Origin: Paecilomyces variotii
Lineage: Eukaryota
NCBI GenBank assembly: GCA_004022145.1
Contig: RCNU01000024.1
Length of the DNA: 64,000 nucleotides
Strand: one strand, 5' to 3'
Of the stretch, positions 11,408-24,170 are shown in pieces. The position numbers and the translations under genes were made by a program. A model generated the notes under the pieces. That model saw only the letters and a list, made by a program, of their open reading frames with translations. It did no database searches and had not been told where the DNA came from. Within the stretch, counting starts at the first letter, position 1; each line of letters opens with the position of its first letter.

Positions 11408-13721
11408 CTAACTAGACATGCTTACCCCAGCTTGTGTGTGGATATCTCCTTCAGAATTGGCTGGCCTGGTTAGCTCTGTGGGCAGCTTAGGGTAAGTACA
11501 CTGTCCCAGCGCGTGCCTTTGCCCGCCTTTTGTCATCCGATACCATAAGTCACTGAATCTCTTCCTGAAGTCCAATCGCTGGTCCTCACCGCCTTGAAAT
11601 CCAGTCGAAGGATTATAAGTCTGGTGGTTTCCATTGGCATACTGCCACCCTTTCGCCAAACGCTCTAAGCTCTTGTTTGGCAGTTTGGGCAGATGTAAAG
11701 TGCGTGGAGGCTCGGTAGGCGCCAATTGTAGCTCAGGGATCCACACCCATGCGAATAGTGCCGCCAAGGCTAGAGGAACTGAAAATGAAGCCAAAAGTTG
11801 ATTGAGGGCCTTAGTATCATTGCTGGGTAGTGCTTTCTCTGTTATAAGAAGGATAATTATGGCGCCAATCTTCCCACAGGCAGCAGATATACCATGACAA
11901 GTAGCCCGGAACCTTGTTGGGAAGATTTCAGCAGATATCTGAGAAGACTCAATTAGTTCCTTTATCATATATAAACATATTGGGACTCACGATATATGTT
12001 AGAGTGTTAGGTCCTAGAATTGCAAGCGATTAGTGTGTCTACTACTTCACCATTTGTTTCTTTTCTGAAGACCACTCACCAAGATTGAAAAAGAATTGGC
12101 AAATAGCATAGATAACCACAGCCGCCCAATGGCCACCTTGGAACTCAGTGCGTACAAGAACACCTCCGAGAACTGCAAAACAGACACTGAGTATCAAAAA
12201 CGACCAGACTAGCCACATCTTCCGTGGGACGTAGTCAATCAAAAAGATGAGTAGCCCACTACCAGCCAGGGAGCTGATAGAAATAGTCTCAATGTATTGC
12301 TGTGCGTTGTGGGATATTTGGTTAAACATGGTTAACTGCGGATCCCAGATGTTCTCAAAGTCGGGGACACGCAGGCTGGGGTTACTAGCCGCAATGTAAC
12401 TGGTTACAGTGGCTGTTGGTGGCGGAACGCCTGCAGCGAGAGAGGTGACCATCGTGTACAGACTACCATCCACAGTCGCGACATATGTGATGGGAATAGT
12501 AACTGTAGCGGATGCTATCGGCAAAACGGTAGTGTTGGGAATAGTCGGGAGGCTGTCATCCCAAAGAGCAGCCAGCGGGCGTGGACTGTTGATACCGAGG
12601 GCGTAAAAGCAGAAGTCCAGTAAAAACCAACATATTGCCGTCGCCAAGAGGTACCTGATGTTCCCCTGGTTGAAGAGGTAATCCCACAACTCTGGCGGAT
12701 TGTCCGTTTCGGGGAGTGGTCTGGATATGAGTGCTCGTCGAGAGAGAAAGGCACCACCCCCATTGTTCTGTTGAGCGTTCTCCCCATCCTCAACCGCATG
12801 TAGCTGGTGCTGGAACTGACGCCTGGTAGCTGCCAAAGCTTGTAAAGGATCATGATTGACGTCCATCGTATATCGTGGGGATTCTGGGATCGAAAAGCGC
12901 CAGATTATTGCAAGTAGAGTGGGGATGCAACCTACCCCGACGACCCAGCGCCAAACACTGTCAAGAGTAGACAGGATCCTTTGCTGCTCGTGAATCGATA
13001 AACTCTGGAACTGCGAGCCGTGATCAGGTAGATCGACCAAGCCTCGAGAATGCATCAGACCAGACAAGACTCCCCAGCCAACGGCCGCTGCGAGGATCTG
13101 GCCCAAGGGCTGCATCAAGAACACAGCGGCCATCATCTTGGCTCGGTACCTGCTGCTGCTGAACTCCGCCGTAATCACCGCGCTCAATCGGTACTCGGCT
13201 CCAATCCCTAATCCCAGAAAGAACCGATAGAAGACGATCCAACTGAGTATGCTCATGCTGTGATGCTCGCCGCCCGACGCCTGAGCTATTCCCAGCGTCG
13301 CGAAAATGACCAGCACCAGCTCGAGGCCATACAGCTTCCGTCGACCAAGTCGATCGGTCAGCCAGCCGAAGAGAAGTTGACCCACTGCAGAGCCCGCGAG
13401 AGTTGAGACGTTAATCCAAAGTTCGGGCATGCGATCTGTGGGGGTTGGCCAGTAGAGGAAGCCGAGAAGGGGCAGGATAACGTTGGTTGAGAAAAGAGCA
13501 TAAGAGTCCGTGAGAAATCCAGAGGCAGCCACGAGAAACACCTGGAAGTCAAATCCGTTTGAGTCAAATATGCTGATTACTTCCTGTCGCCAAACTTGCG
13601 GGTCGTCCTCTCTCTCCTCCGCAACTCGAGTCGTGCCATCCACCCACAGCGGGTGCTTTCCAAAGGGAAAAGGTAGCCGCCTGGCTATGGATCGTTCGGA
13701 AGTTTCATATTTATCTGTCAT
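11408..13721 (-). CDS. MFS inorganic phosphate transporter (Pho84/PHT1-like), divergent
   Basis: Exons 13721-12080, 12013-11991 and 11938-11408. Motifs: GFLTDSYALF, DRLGRRKLYG, GIGAEYRLSAVITAE, VFLMQPLGQ, IPESPRY, WFLLDFCFY, NLGPNTLTYI, AEIFPTRFRATCHGISAACGK. Confidence 0.88.
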
Positions 13722-14192
13722 AGCTACTGAAGCAGGAAATATTCTCCCAGTCGATGGAGAGACAAATGCAGAGCTGGTAGAGATGACCGGGGAGTGATGG
13801 CTAGGTACCTAGGTAACTATTTATTTACTGCCGAGGGGACGACCGGGAGCAACTAAGTAAGTATGGCCCCCAACATTGTATGTACATAGTATTTACATAC
13901 AGTCAGTACATAAGATCGAGATCAGCTCTTGTCCGTGGCCACTATGCATGACCCGAAGAACGATCAATCAGGTACGATGTGAACGACGCCCTGGAGCTAA
14001 CGAATCCCGCGAGGCTGACCACTCACAGATTCACATCAAGGAACGTGTTTCCAGATAGCTACAGCGGCCTCTGTTGATTGATTTAATGTCATCGATTTAA
14101 GTGATTCATCTGGCTTTCGGCCTCGCTGCTACTAATATAGCGATCATTGTCCCCTTTCGACATGCTCTGTTTCCATTATTATTCTTTCGACC

Positions 14193-17100
14193 ATGTCATC
14201 CCAGCTCTGGGCTGACTGCCGCATCGCAGGCCCACTTGCCACGCTTCCTGTGGGGAAGCTCGTGGCTTTAGCCAAGAACTTCCAATCCTACTTTGAAGTC
14301 TTCCCATGTTTTCGGGGAATTATCAGCCATCAGAACACGTCCATCGAATTCTTTGATGATTTCCAGCAGACATGGGACGAATGCATCGATTTCATTCATC
14401 AGAACCCCAGCTGGCATCGCGGAAACGCAAGCCCGCAGCCAACGCTACTGCATCGAACTGCCTACTATGTTTATAATAACAAAGACTTGGCCATCTTGGA
14501 AAGGCGTCTCGAGCTGCAGCTTCATATTATGAATGCGAAGATTGACGACATCCTATTGTAGGTCTTTGATCTTCTTGCCCTCCTATAACTCCCATTGACA
14601 CTTGCTAACATCCTGGCATCAATCGCTAGAACTCTGTTTCTGACGGTGCTGTCCCAGTCATTCGGGCAGCAGAACCCCGACTTAGCAATAACCGGAAGTC
14701 TGCCCCAGTATGGCCGTAACTTACCGCAATCAGATATTCCAGTCGATCAAAATGCATGGCCTCTCTTCAGCTACCTTGTCGAGCTCCAAGAGGCTCTTAA
14801 GAGACTAAGAGCGCCAGCATTAGGTCCAGACCAACGTGACCGGGTATGGCGGTTGATCATTACGCGCTTCCGTGCCCACGAACTTCTATCCCAGAACTTT
14901 CGGTCTATTTTCTCAACCGACTTTACCCCGCAAGACACAAATCGTCTCGTGGAGTACTCACGCCAATCCCTGCGCATGTGGCAATCAGCATATCGTTCCG
15001 AGTTGCTCACCCCAACTCTTCGGAGACGTGTATATAGCTACTCTGCTAATAGCGACTCGGCGACATTGTTAGTTTCTGTCTTTCTTTTGTTGTCGACTAA
15101 CTAATTGATCTTGATTATTTAGTCGATTGGTTCCTGACTACGAAGAGGAGCCTTTGCATACAATTGATGTTGTGACTTGTAAAGGCAGCAGGTGGATAGT
15201 CAGCACCAAGCGAAGGTCGCAGTTGGGGATTATCCAGCATCGTGAGAGCCCTTCTGTTAATCCACGTTATAGAGGCACACACACTAATTGCGCACTTAGT
15301 TCCCTCCATCAACAATATCCATCCATACACAAAGCATGAGAAATTCAATGCTCCCCAAATTCGACTATTCGAACCATGCAATGTCGATGAGACCAACGGT
15401 ACTCAGACAGAGCATTATCAGGGAATGAAGCCATCATACTTATTCTATTCTCCATCTAATGCGGATGCTTTTCAATGTGCTTTACGAGGAAAGATTCTAC
15501 AGTACACCTTCCAAGTCAAACAGATTAAATCCGCGCACGGGTTCCTGGGTTCGGCTCAGCCACTAAAGCTGTGGTCTGATTTCGATGGAAAGCACCAGTC
15601 TGTGTCGTTTCTACAACAATATGCCCGGCCATACTGTCATGTGGATATTCCTCTGTCTATTCTTGCTACGACGATATACACGGACAATTCGAGAAATAGG
15701 GTCACGGTCGAGATTCCTGCCCCGAGATCAGGGAGAGTTAGACGAGCTCTGGATAGGGCCATTCGGTGGATGCAACGTATGGGCTACTTTCCTAATCGAT
15801 CTTCTAGAGCTCCGTCGGACACTAGTTCCGTGACAGGCGAACAAAGTACGGTATTTGAAGATGAATTAACTCTGGACGACGTGCGATTCCTCACGTACCT
15901 CGCTACCTTGACAATCGAGTTCTCTTCATTACATGGTATGGTCGATTTCCAATGGCCATTAGCTTCAATGGCTCATATCAATATTCAGACGCGAAATGCT
16001 TCGAAACTAAACTGTCCGAATTCTTCGCTTCAAGAACACGCATTATACCGGAGTCACCCTCTCCCGAAATACCCGAGTCAATTCCGTCTTCTGGGCAATC
16101 TATACATGAATTAGCCACCTCTGTGTCTGGGCACTATCTAGAGCACGACCCAGAATCCCCCCTTGGAGAGTCACTGGATGTGACCTACTCTTCGCCAGAG
16201 AATAGATCTATGGTAGTAATTCCGCATCAAGGAGAGTCGACCGGCGAGGACAAGGATCTAGACTATCGTATCAGGGGTATAGGACTTGAGCAAAGCAGCG
16301 AGAATTTAATGTCTTTCTTAAGACAGAAGCTGAACCTCGAGGCTAATGTCGTGGGGCGAGTTAAATCCTTCGCGGTCAGCCACAAAGGAGAATCCAAGGT
16401 AGCGGTAATATCGTTAAAACCTCGACCGATGTGTCTTTCGACTCCTGGGAGAGAGGAGTGGATTTTCGGGCCTGAGTCTGAGGATGATGACACACTCATC
16501 ACTGTCGATACACATTTTCGTGGTGTGACCGTTTTATACGCCCCGACACAAGCTTCACCGCACACAATCGAGTAAGTTCATGTCGTATTTTGCTATGTCG
16601 ACTACTAATATGCCAACTTCCAGTATATGTGCAGTCGCTGGTCTCGGAGGTCATGCCTGGGGATCATTTAAACATAAAGGTGGCTCTCAGTCGTCGTACA
16701 TGTGGATCCTAGATGCACTATCCAAGGACTTTCCAACGGCCCGAATAATGGTTTACGGTTCGAAGACAAGGCTTGAGAGGGATGAATCGACCCAACAAAG
16801 TCTTGAGGAACTAGGACACTTACTACGCAGCGAGATGCTGACCGTAAGAAACCGACGCACACTATCCAACATGAGCGTCGTTGAGCCTTCTCTTGCAGTT
16901 CCTTCAATCTTTATTGCGCACAGCTTAGGTGGGCTTACTGTGAAGGAGGTTCGTGCCAAAGCAACCGCCCGCGTATATTGAACGCCGTTTGAAACATTGT
17001 GCTAACAATTTCTGTCAAACACTAAGGCTCTTTTACAGGAAAAAGAACACCCAGTACGCGGTAGCTTTATTGACACCCTTCACGGAGCATTATTCTTCGG

Positions 17101-17595
17101 CGTCCCCAGTCATGGAATGCAAATCAATGGCCTTAGAGCTATTATCCGTGGGCGGCCAAATCGGACGCTTATCGAGTCACTAAGCTATCAGTCTGACACT
17201 CTTCTGAGGCTAAGCCAAAGGTTCAATGCACAATTTGGGGATAGCAGACCGAGGATTATATACTTTTACGAGACAGAACGGTCATTTACCCCTAAAGTAT
17301 GTCGTACTATTCTATATTATGCGTCCTATTACAGCGTCTGCTATAAAAATGCTAACATATACTTTAGTTTTCCAATGGACGGTGGAGAATGGAAGGGACC
17401 CCTAAAGATTTCCTTATCAACAAGGACTCTGCGACAGATGGCAAATGCTGGACACCAGATCCAGTAGATATCCATCCATTAAATCGGGATCATTCCGGTT
17501 TAGTAAAGTTCAGCAGTCCGGATGATGGGGATCTAGAGCGTGTCCGGATAGAATTAACCAATTTGTTGGAGTATCCTTCAAGTCGCAGATTATAG
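14193..17595 (+). CDS. ~990 aa multidomain protein: helical N-terminal domain, putative PH-like region, C-terminal SesB/SERAC1-like alpha/beta hydrolase
   Basis: Seven exons join in frame through canonical introns (about 14559-14629, 15068-15122, 15242-15299, 15936-15988, 16572-16623, 16949-17027, 17297-17368). Hydrolase motifs: DICAVAGLGGHAWGSF, ARIMVYG, IFIAHSLGGL (nucleophile), LFFGVPSHG, FYET, RDHSGLVKF (His). Confidence 0.8.
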
Positions 17596-17856
17596 TTCTA
17601 AACGATCAAAATAGAACGTGCAATCTGTTATAGACTACTCAGTAACCTAATACATTTATCTTAATCCCAAGGGCTCTACTATGTGTAAGAAGTTCTATAG
17701 TCTATAATCCAGTATAGATAGCCCGACCCTCTAATTACGTAAATGTACTTTATAATGTTCATAAGGAAAGTATACTAGGGTAGTTTTTACAGGTAAATTG
17801 TATTTATGGTAAAAGATTGATTTACTGGAACATTATATCTATAGTTCTACTATCCT

Positions 17857-18138
17857 CTAGGAACTCATGAGACGCGCGGAACGGATGGGGGGAATCTCCA
17901 GCTCGACGGAATCAATGGCCATATCCGGCCAACACAGCACCTCGTCTGCAATCTGCACATAAATCTTGGGCAATGGGTATGCTTCAAATGGCTTTAAATC
18001 TGATTCAGCCACACGCCATATTGACATTGACGATATATAACAACGGGGAAGTCGGACAATCGTTCGAGCATTATATTTTTGAAATGCGGGTTCGGGTGTC
18101 ATTGATAATCTTACATATAACCCGATAATTGGGCTCAT
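17857..18138 (-). pseudogene. Short ORF or gene remnant of unknown family ending at an AT-rich patch
   Basis: 93 aa ATG-initiated ORF with globular-looking composition and an upstream TATA-like sequence. It terminates where a TpA-rich stretch (17600-17860) begins. No family recognised. Confidence 0.3.
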
Positions 18139-18202
18139 GTATAAATACCTCCTCTACCTGGGGGTCGCTATGTGGGAGCTCCTATTAGTATCATCCTCGA
18201 CC

Positions 18203-19696
18203 TCATATTTCTCCATTGTGTCCTCCACCAGCGTTTGCTTTCTCTCCTTCATTCCCTTTTTCTATCCCGCTGTTTAACTGCCGGCGAAAAGCCACAGTAT
18301 ACTCATCTGGGTCCCATGCCAAAATCCTCACTTCCTTCTCTTTCAGTTTCCGGGTCACCAGTTGTTCCATCTCATCCTTTTCCTTCTCGTCCAACAGGCT
18401 AAGTCTCTCTTTCCAGGCTTCTTCCGGCCTCTCAGCAGGCCCAAAAAACCGTGGGTCAATCATCTGCCAGTAAATTACATCAAAGGCAAAGCTGTGCAAC
18501 AATGCGTACATAATCCAGAAATCCCCGCTCTACCAGCTCTTTTGCATACGATTGGAAAGTCGGTTGTTCTCTGTTAACAGACCCCGCTGGATGGCCATGT
18601 CTTCACGACCCTTCATGGCCTTAAGAAAGGTCTTCAGACGATCATCAAACACGCTTTTCCAGTCCTCAATACCCTTTGGCCAGAATTCGGGCTTTTCAAT
18701 CAATAACCACCAAGGTGGCGCATAAGAAAACTCGGCTGGTGCTGCGTATGTGAATTCCCAATCTACCACGCCGACAATTTGCATATTCTCGTGGAGAAGT
18801 ATGTTAGCGGGTCGTAAATCATCACACCAAAGTTTGAAAGGTCCTTTCTCCAGTGACGGATCGGTAAGTCGCTTATCCCTGGCGAGCTTACGGAAAAGCT
18901 GTCGCGCCACAAACTTTCGCCGACAGTCGTCTGCGGATTCCACAGCATCATTCCTCTGGTGTACCAGATGCTCAACGTTAAGGTTTGCGAGAGCTTCAAG
19001 ATACGAAGAAGTTGTGTCAAATGTAGTACTGGGAAGTTTGGTTCGCGGCAAATCACCCAGTCGTACAAGTTCATTCATATTCATTGACAAAGGCCGATAT
19101 GATACTTCCCAAGTGAAATCATCAATCTGGCTCGGTGATCCTATTCGAGATAAAGAGGGTGTGGAGAGCTGGAGCAGAATATCTGATAGCTGTCCATACA
19201 ACATCTCAAGTTTGGCTTCGTCGATGTTCGGGTCAAGGATTCCACGTTCTTCGGTCGGACATCCCGGTGTGATAAGAGCGTCGTACATTTTCGTTTCGTG
19301 TGCGACATAATCCATCATAATGAATGGGCCGAGTTCGAGAGGGCTCTCCTTCTTTGTACCCGAGTGAAGAATGAATGGAACAGGTATCGATGTCTGGTCT
19401 GCCAGGAATCTCATCACAGCAACCTCATTCATGACTTTCTCCTCCGGGAAAAATACCGCCCCAGGCTGCGAGAAGCGTATAACAGTGGCAGCATTTTGAT
19501 ACTTCAACCGTAAGGAGATGTTATAAGAGCCTTTTTTAAGTATGGCAAACTCTGTAGCATGGCCTCTGTTGTGCTTGAGGATGAAGTCCGCGATAGGTCT
19601 TAAGATATCGAGTTGGAGAAATTGAACTAGCCAATTGTCGGATGTTTCCTCGGCTTGTTCCCAGGCTACATCATCAGGGCACATTTGAGGTAGCAT
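18203..19696 (-). pseudogene. Phosphotransferase (APH/choline-kinase-like) gene with a single in-frame TAG
   Basis: Motifs KGSYN, EVAVMRFL..TSIPVP, LWCDDLRPANIL, VVDWEF, PPWWLL. ORFs 18530-19696 and 18203-18511 are in the same frame and are separated only by W*SGDFWI (TAG at 18530-18532). Confidence 0.85.
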
Positions 19697-19896
19697 TTTT
19701 TAGGTCGCAAATCGGATTGAATAATGTGTAAGGAAATTTTGCCGAAACAAAAGACTGCCCATGTTTATTTCATGGTAAAGTGTACTTAGAAGTATTCAGG
19801 AAAGGAGAGCGGAAATAGACTAAGTTGGTCTTCTTTTGGGGGTACTCTTACATGACACCTCCCTCGCCCAATGAAAACAAAGATACACTTGGGTAA

Positions 19897-20694
19897 TAGA
19901 GGGATTTTGCAGCGAGTTCTATCGTTGGCATATAGTGGGTAAATACTAACTGAAGTAAGTAAAGCCTGACCTATCGTTGGCGTAGAGCTAGTAATCAAAT
20001 CTTGAAGCCTTTAAAAATCAATTACCAATTAGTCATTAATTATTAAGCGAGAATTCTCTTACCAGCCTAAGTGAGAAAAATGAAGCTATTTGCGCACACC
20101 TACTTAACTCCTTATTACTATGCTTAATATAGCTATTAAAGCTATTAAAATGATTTATATAATAATTAATAATATTAATTATTAATTATTATTAAAAATA
20201 GGTCATTTAAATAATTATAAGAGGGTAAAGTATATCTTAGAATACCTATACTAAGGTAGATAGCTATCTTAACCTTTAGTATTTTAAAAGGGGGCTATCC
20301 TATAAGATATTCTAATGCCAACGCTAATCTACAGTGGGATGCATTAAGTATTCGACCAGCACTAATTTAGTTATATAAACTAGTCTAAAACGGGGAATTT
20401 ATATAAGCTATTACACAAAAATACCAAAATATACGTACTATATGTTATATGTTAAACTAGATCAGGTATAGCTTGTATTAGTGCTGGTCGAATACTTAAT
20501 GCATCCCACTGTATGGCATTAGCTTTTACCATCATACGGTATATTACAGAGTTAGGCGTTTAATAGAGTACAGAAAACTATTTATAATAGGTTAGTATAT
20601 TTTAGATGCCAAGGCACTAAAAGGTTAAAAAATACGCGCACCTTACTATATAGCGGAAATTACAATGCCTAGCATGCGTTGCAAAATCCCTCTA
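19897..20694. mobile_element. Putative hAT-like non-autonomous element (~800 bp including the nested MITE)
   Basis: Terminal inverted repeat TAGAGGGATTTTGCA(G/A)CG at 19897-19914 and 20677-20694 (17/18 match). Subterminal CTATCGTTGGC repeats at ~19918 and 19971. AT-rich, RIP-like interior. No 8-bp TSD is recognisable. Confidence 0.55.
20332..20511. mobile_element. mimp/impala-like Tc1-mariner MITE (180 bp)
   Basis: Perfect 35-bp TIRs CAGTGGGATGCATTAAGTATTCGACCAGCACTAAT (20332-20366 and 20477-20511), flanked by a TA target-site duplication (20330-20331 and 20512-20513). Confidence 0.92.
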
Positions 20695-21310
20695 ATACCG
20701 ATTAACATACTACTTTCCCCCTTAGACTAGGTAAGCTATTTTTATTTTTTGAGACTGTCCTGTCCTGCCCTTTTTTTTTTTTTTTGTTTTCCACTTAGAG
20801 TACGCTTTATATAATTGTGGACGGCCTTCTATGATAGTAGGACCTCTCTAATAGTAATCTCGGCCGACCGTTTACGCGCCGTCTTCAGTCAGTCATACAA
20901 GCGCTAGTTTTCCCTTAGATTAATTATGAACCCATCATCCATAGAATGGCCTGAGCGCTGAGGTGAAGACCCAGAATCAGCAGCACAAGGAAGATATACC
21001 GGATTGCTGCGAGTAATGCCGACGTTTTCAGAGTCTTTATGTTACGTCCAAGACCAAGCTATCCTCGATACAGTATCAATACATTAATTACCTATCTACA
21101 TATCAGAGGAATTATTTAATATTGTCGGGTGGTTCAGAGGTAGTTAGGTACCTAGGTACCTATTGCTATTTTAAGTAGCTTTCCGCTTCAGCCGCAAAAG
21201 TTGTTCACCGCCTCAGACCTGCAATATCCCGAAAGCCACCATCTTCCTACTTTCTGTCTCTTGCTTGTATCTGTGGCGGGTTGCTGTGAAGTCCACTCCC
21301 TTATGTCGAA

Positions 21311-22982
<1,672 letters not shown>

Positions 22983-23648
22983 AGTCTGTGATGCATTGAA
23001 CACCACTAGAGTCTAGTCTTCATCACTTGGCGCCCTTTGTCGTATGAATTACCCAGCATGACTCTGTTCAACATGTGGTTGCAATCATTCCGAGGCCATT
23101 CAACATGGTCCGATAAAATATCTGCTGCTAGCGGGGTATTTTATGTACGCTCTTTATTCAACAACCGTATATGGTGCGAGGCAAAAAGACCCTGAATCGA
23201 TCTATTGTGACAAAGAAACCAAGATTTCTAAATCTTATAGTAACTACCCTTTACAGGCGATATCGCTACGTTAGACTTACTTAATTTCTGGCAGGGAAAA
23301 GGATATATAAGTGCAAGTTAGCTTCTTGCAATGATTGAAAGCAAGCTACTAGATGGGGGCCCTATGGCATGCAACTGTACGAGTGGGTAGCTAGCCGATA
23401 TAGAACTCTGGGCCTATTCACATAGACTTAAGTATTAACTAGGGGGCAGAAGCATCCGATACCTTAACATATATTACGATATTGCGTAAATACAGTATCA
23501 TTATGTTCTCGAGTTTGGTATCTTCATATATTGACCACGCAAACTGAACCAGCTACCACCCTCAGTTGCGTTTGAGGCTCGCATTTATATTATACATATA
23601 TAGGTATGGCTATATCCTTTTACGGAATCTCCGTCGTAATGGAGAGCA

Positions 23649-24170
23649 TTAACGATTGCCCTCTACTTTCTCTTTGGCCATTTCTCGTAGCTGTCGTCGC
23701 AATGTTTTACCGGATGGGCTCTTTGGAATAGACTTCCGGAAAACAGCACCGCCTGTAATGCGATTGACAGGCTCAACGCGCTGTGCCATAAAGTCTATGA
23801 TATCCTTGGCTGACGCCGTCTTTCCAGGCTAAGGACAATATAAGATCTGACGTTTCCGATGTTGCCGGTTTTCAGCCAGCCGTCGGTGTCGTTTCTGGCC
23901 TGGAGATTGCGCCAGTACTCTTTCACCACCTTGGGAACGTGGACGCGGAGTTCTCACGTTGATTTTGGTCGTTTCTACGACGCAATCCTGGGCCGTGATC
24001 CTCGCCTCACAGTTGGGCAGTAGCTCGCCAACAACGGAGATCTTGTTAACTGTCTCGTCCGGGAAGCTCATGAAAGAACAGAACATGCTACAGTGGATGC
24101 GGATCAGCTTCACCGAAATGCAGATTTAGGATTCCTTGATATACTCACTTTTTCATCCCCTAATCTTCTA
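23649..24170 (-). pseudogene. 4-coumarate-CoA ligase-like (AMP-binding) relic
   Basis: Fragments VGELLPNCEARI, frameshifted YWRNLQA / DGWLKTGNI, and the C-terminal PGKTASAKDIIDFMAQRV..ITGGAVFRKSIPKSPSGKTLRRQLREMAK, with internal deletions. Confidence 0.75.

Noticed and set aside
20761..20900. Poly-T run as a possible retroposon tail or 5S/tRNA-derived SINE
   Set aside because: No A/B boxes, 5S similarity or TSD seen; treated as a simple homopolymer.
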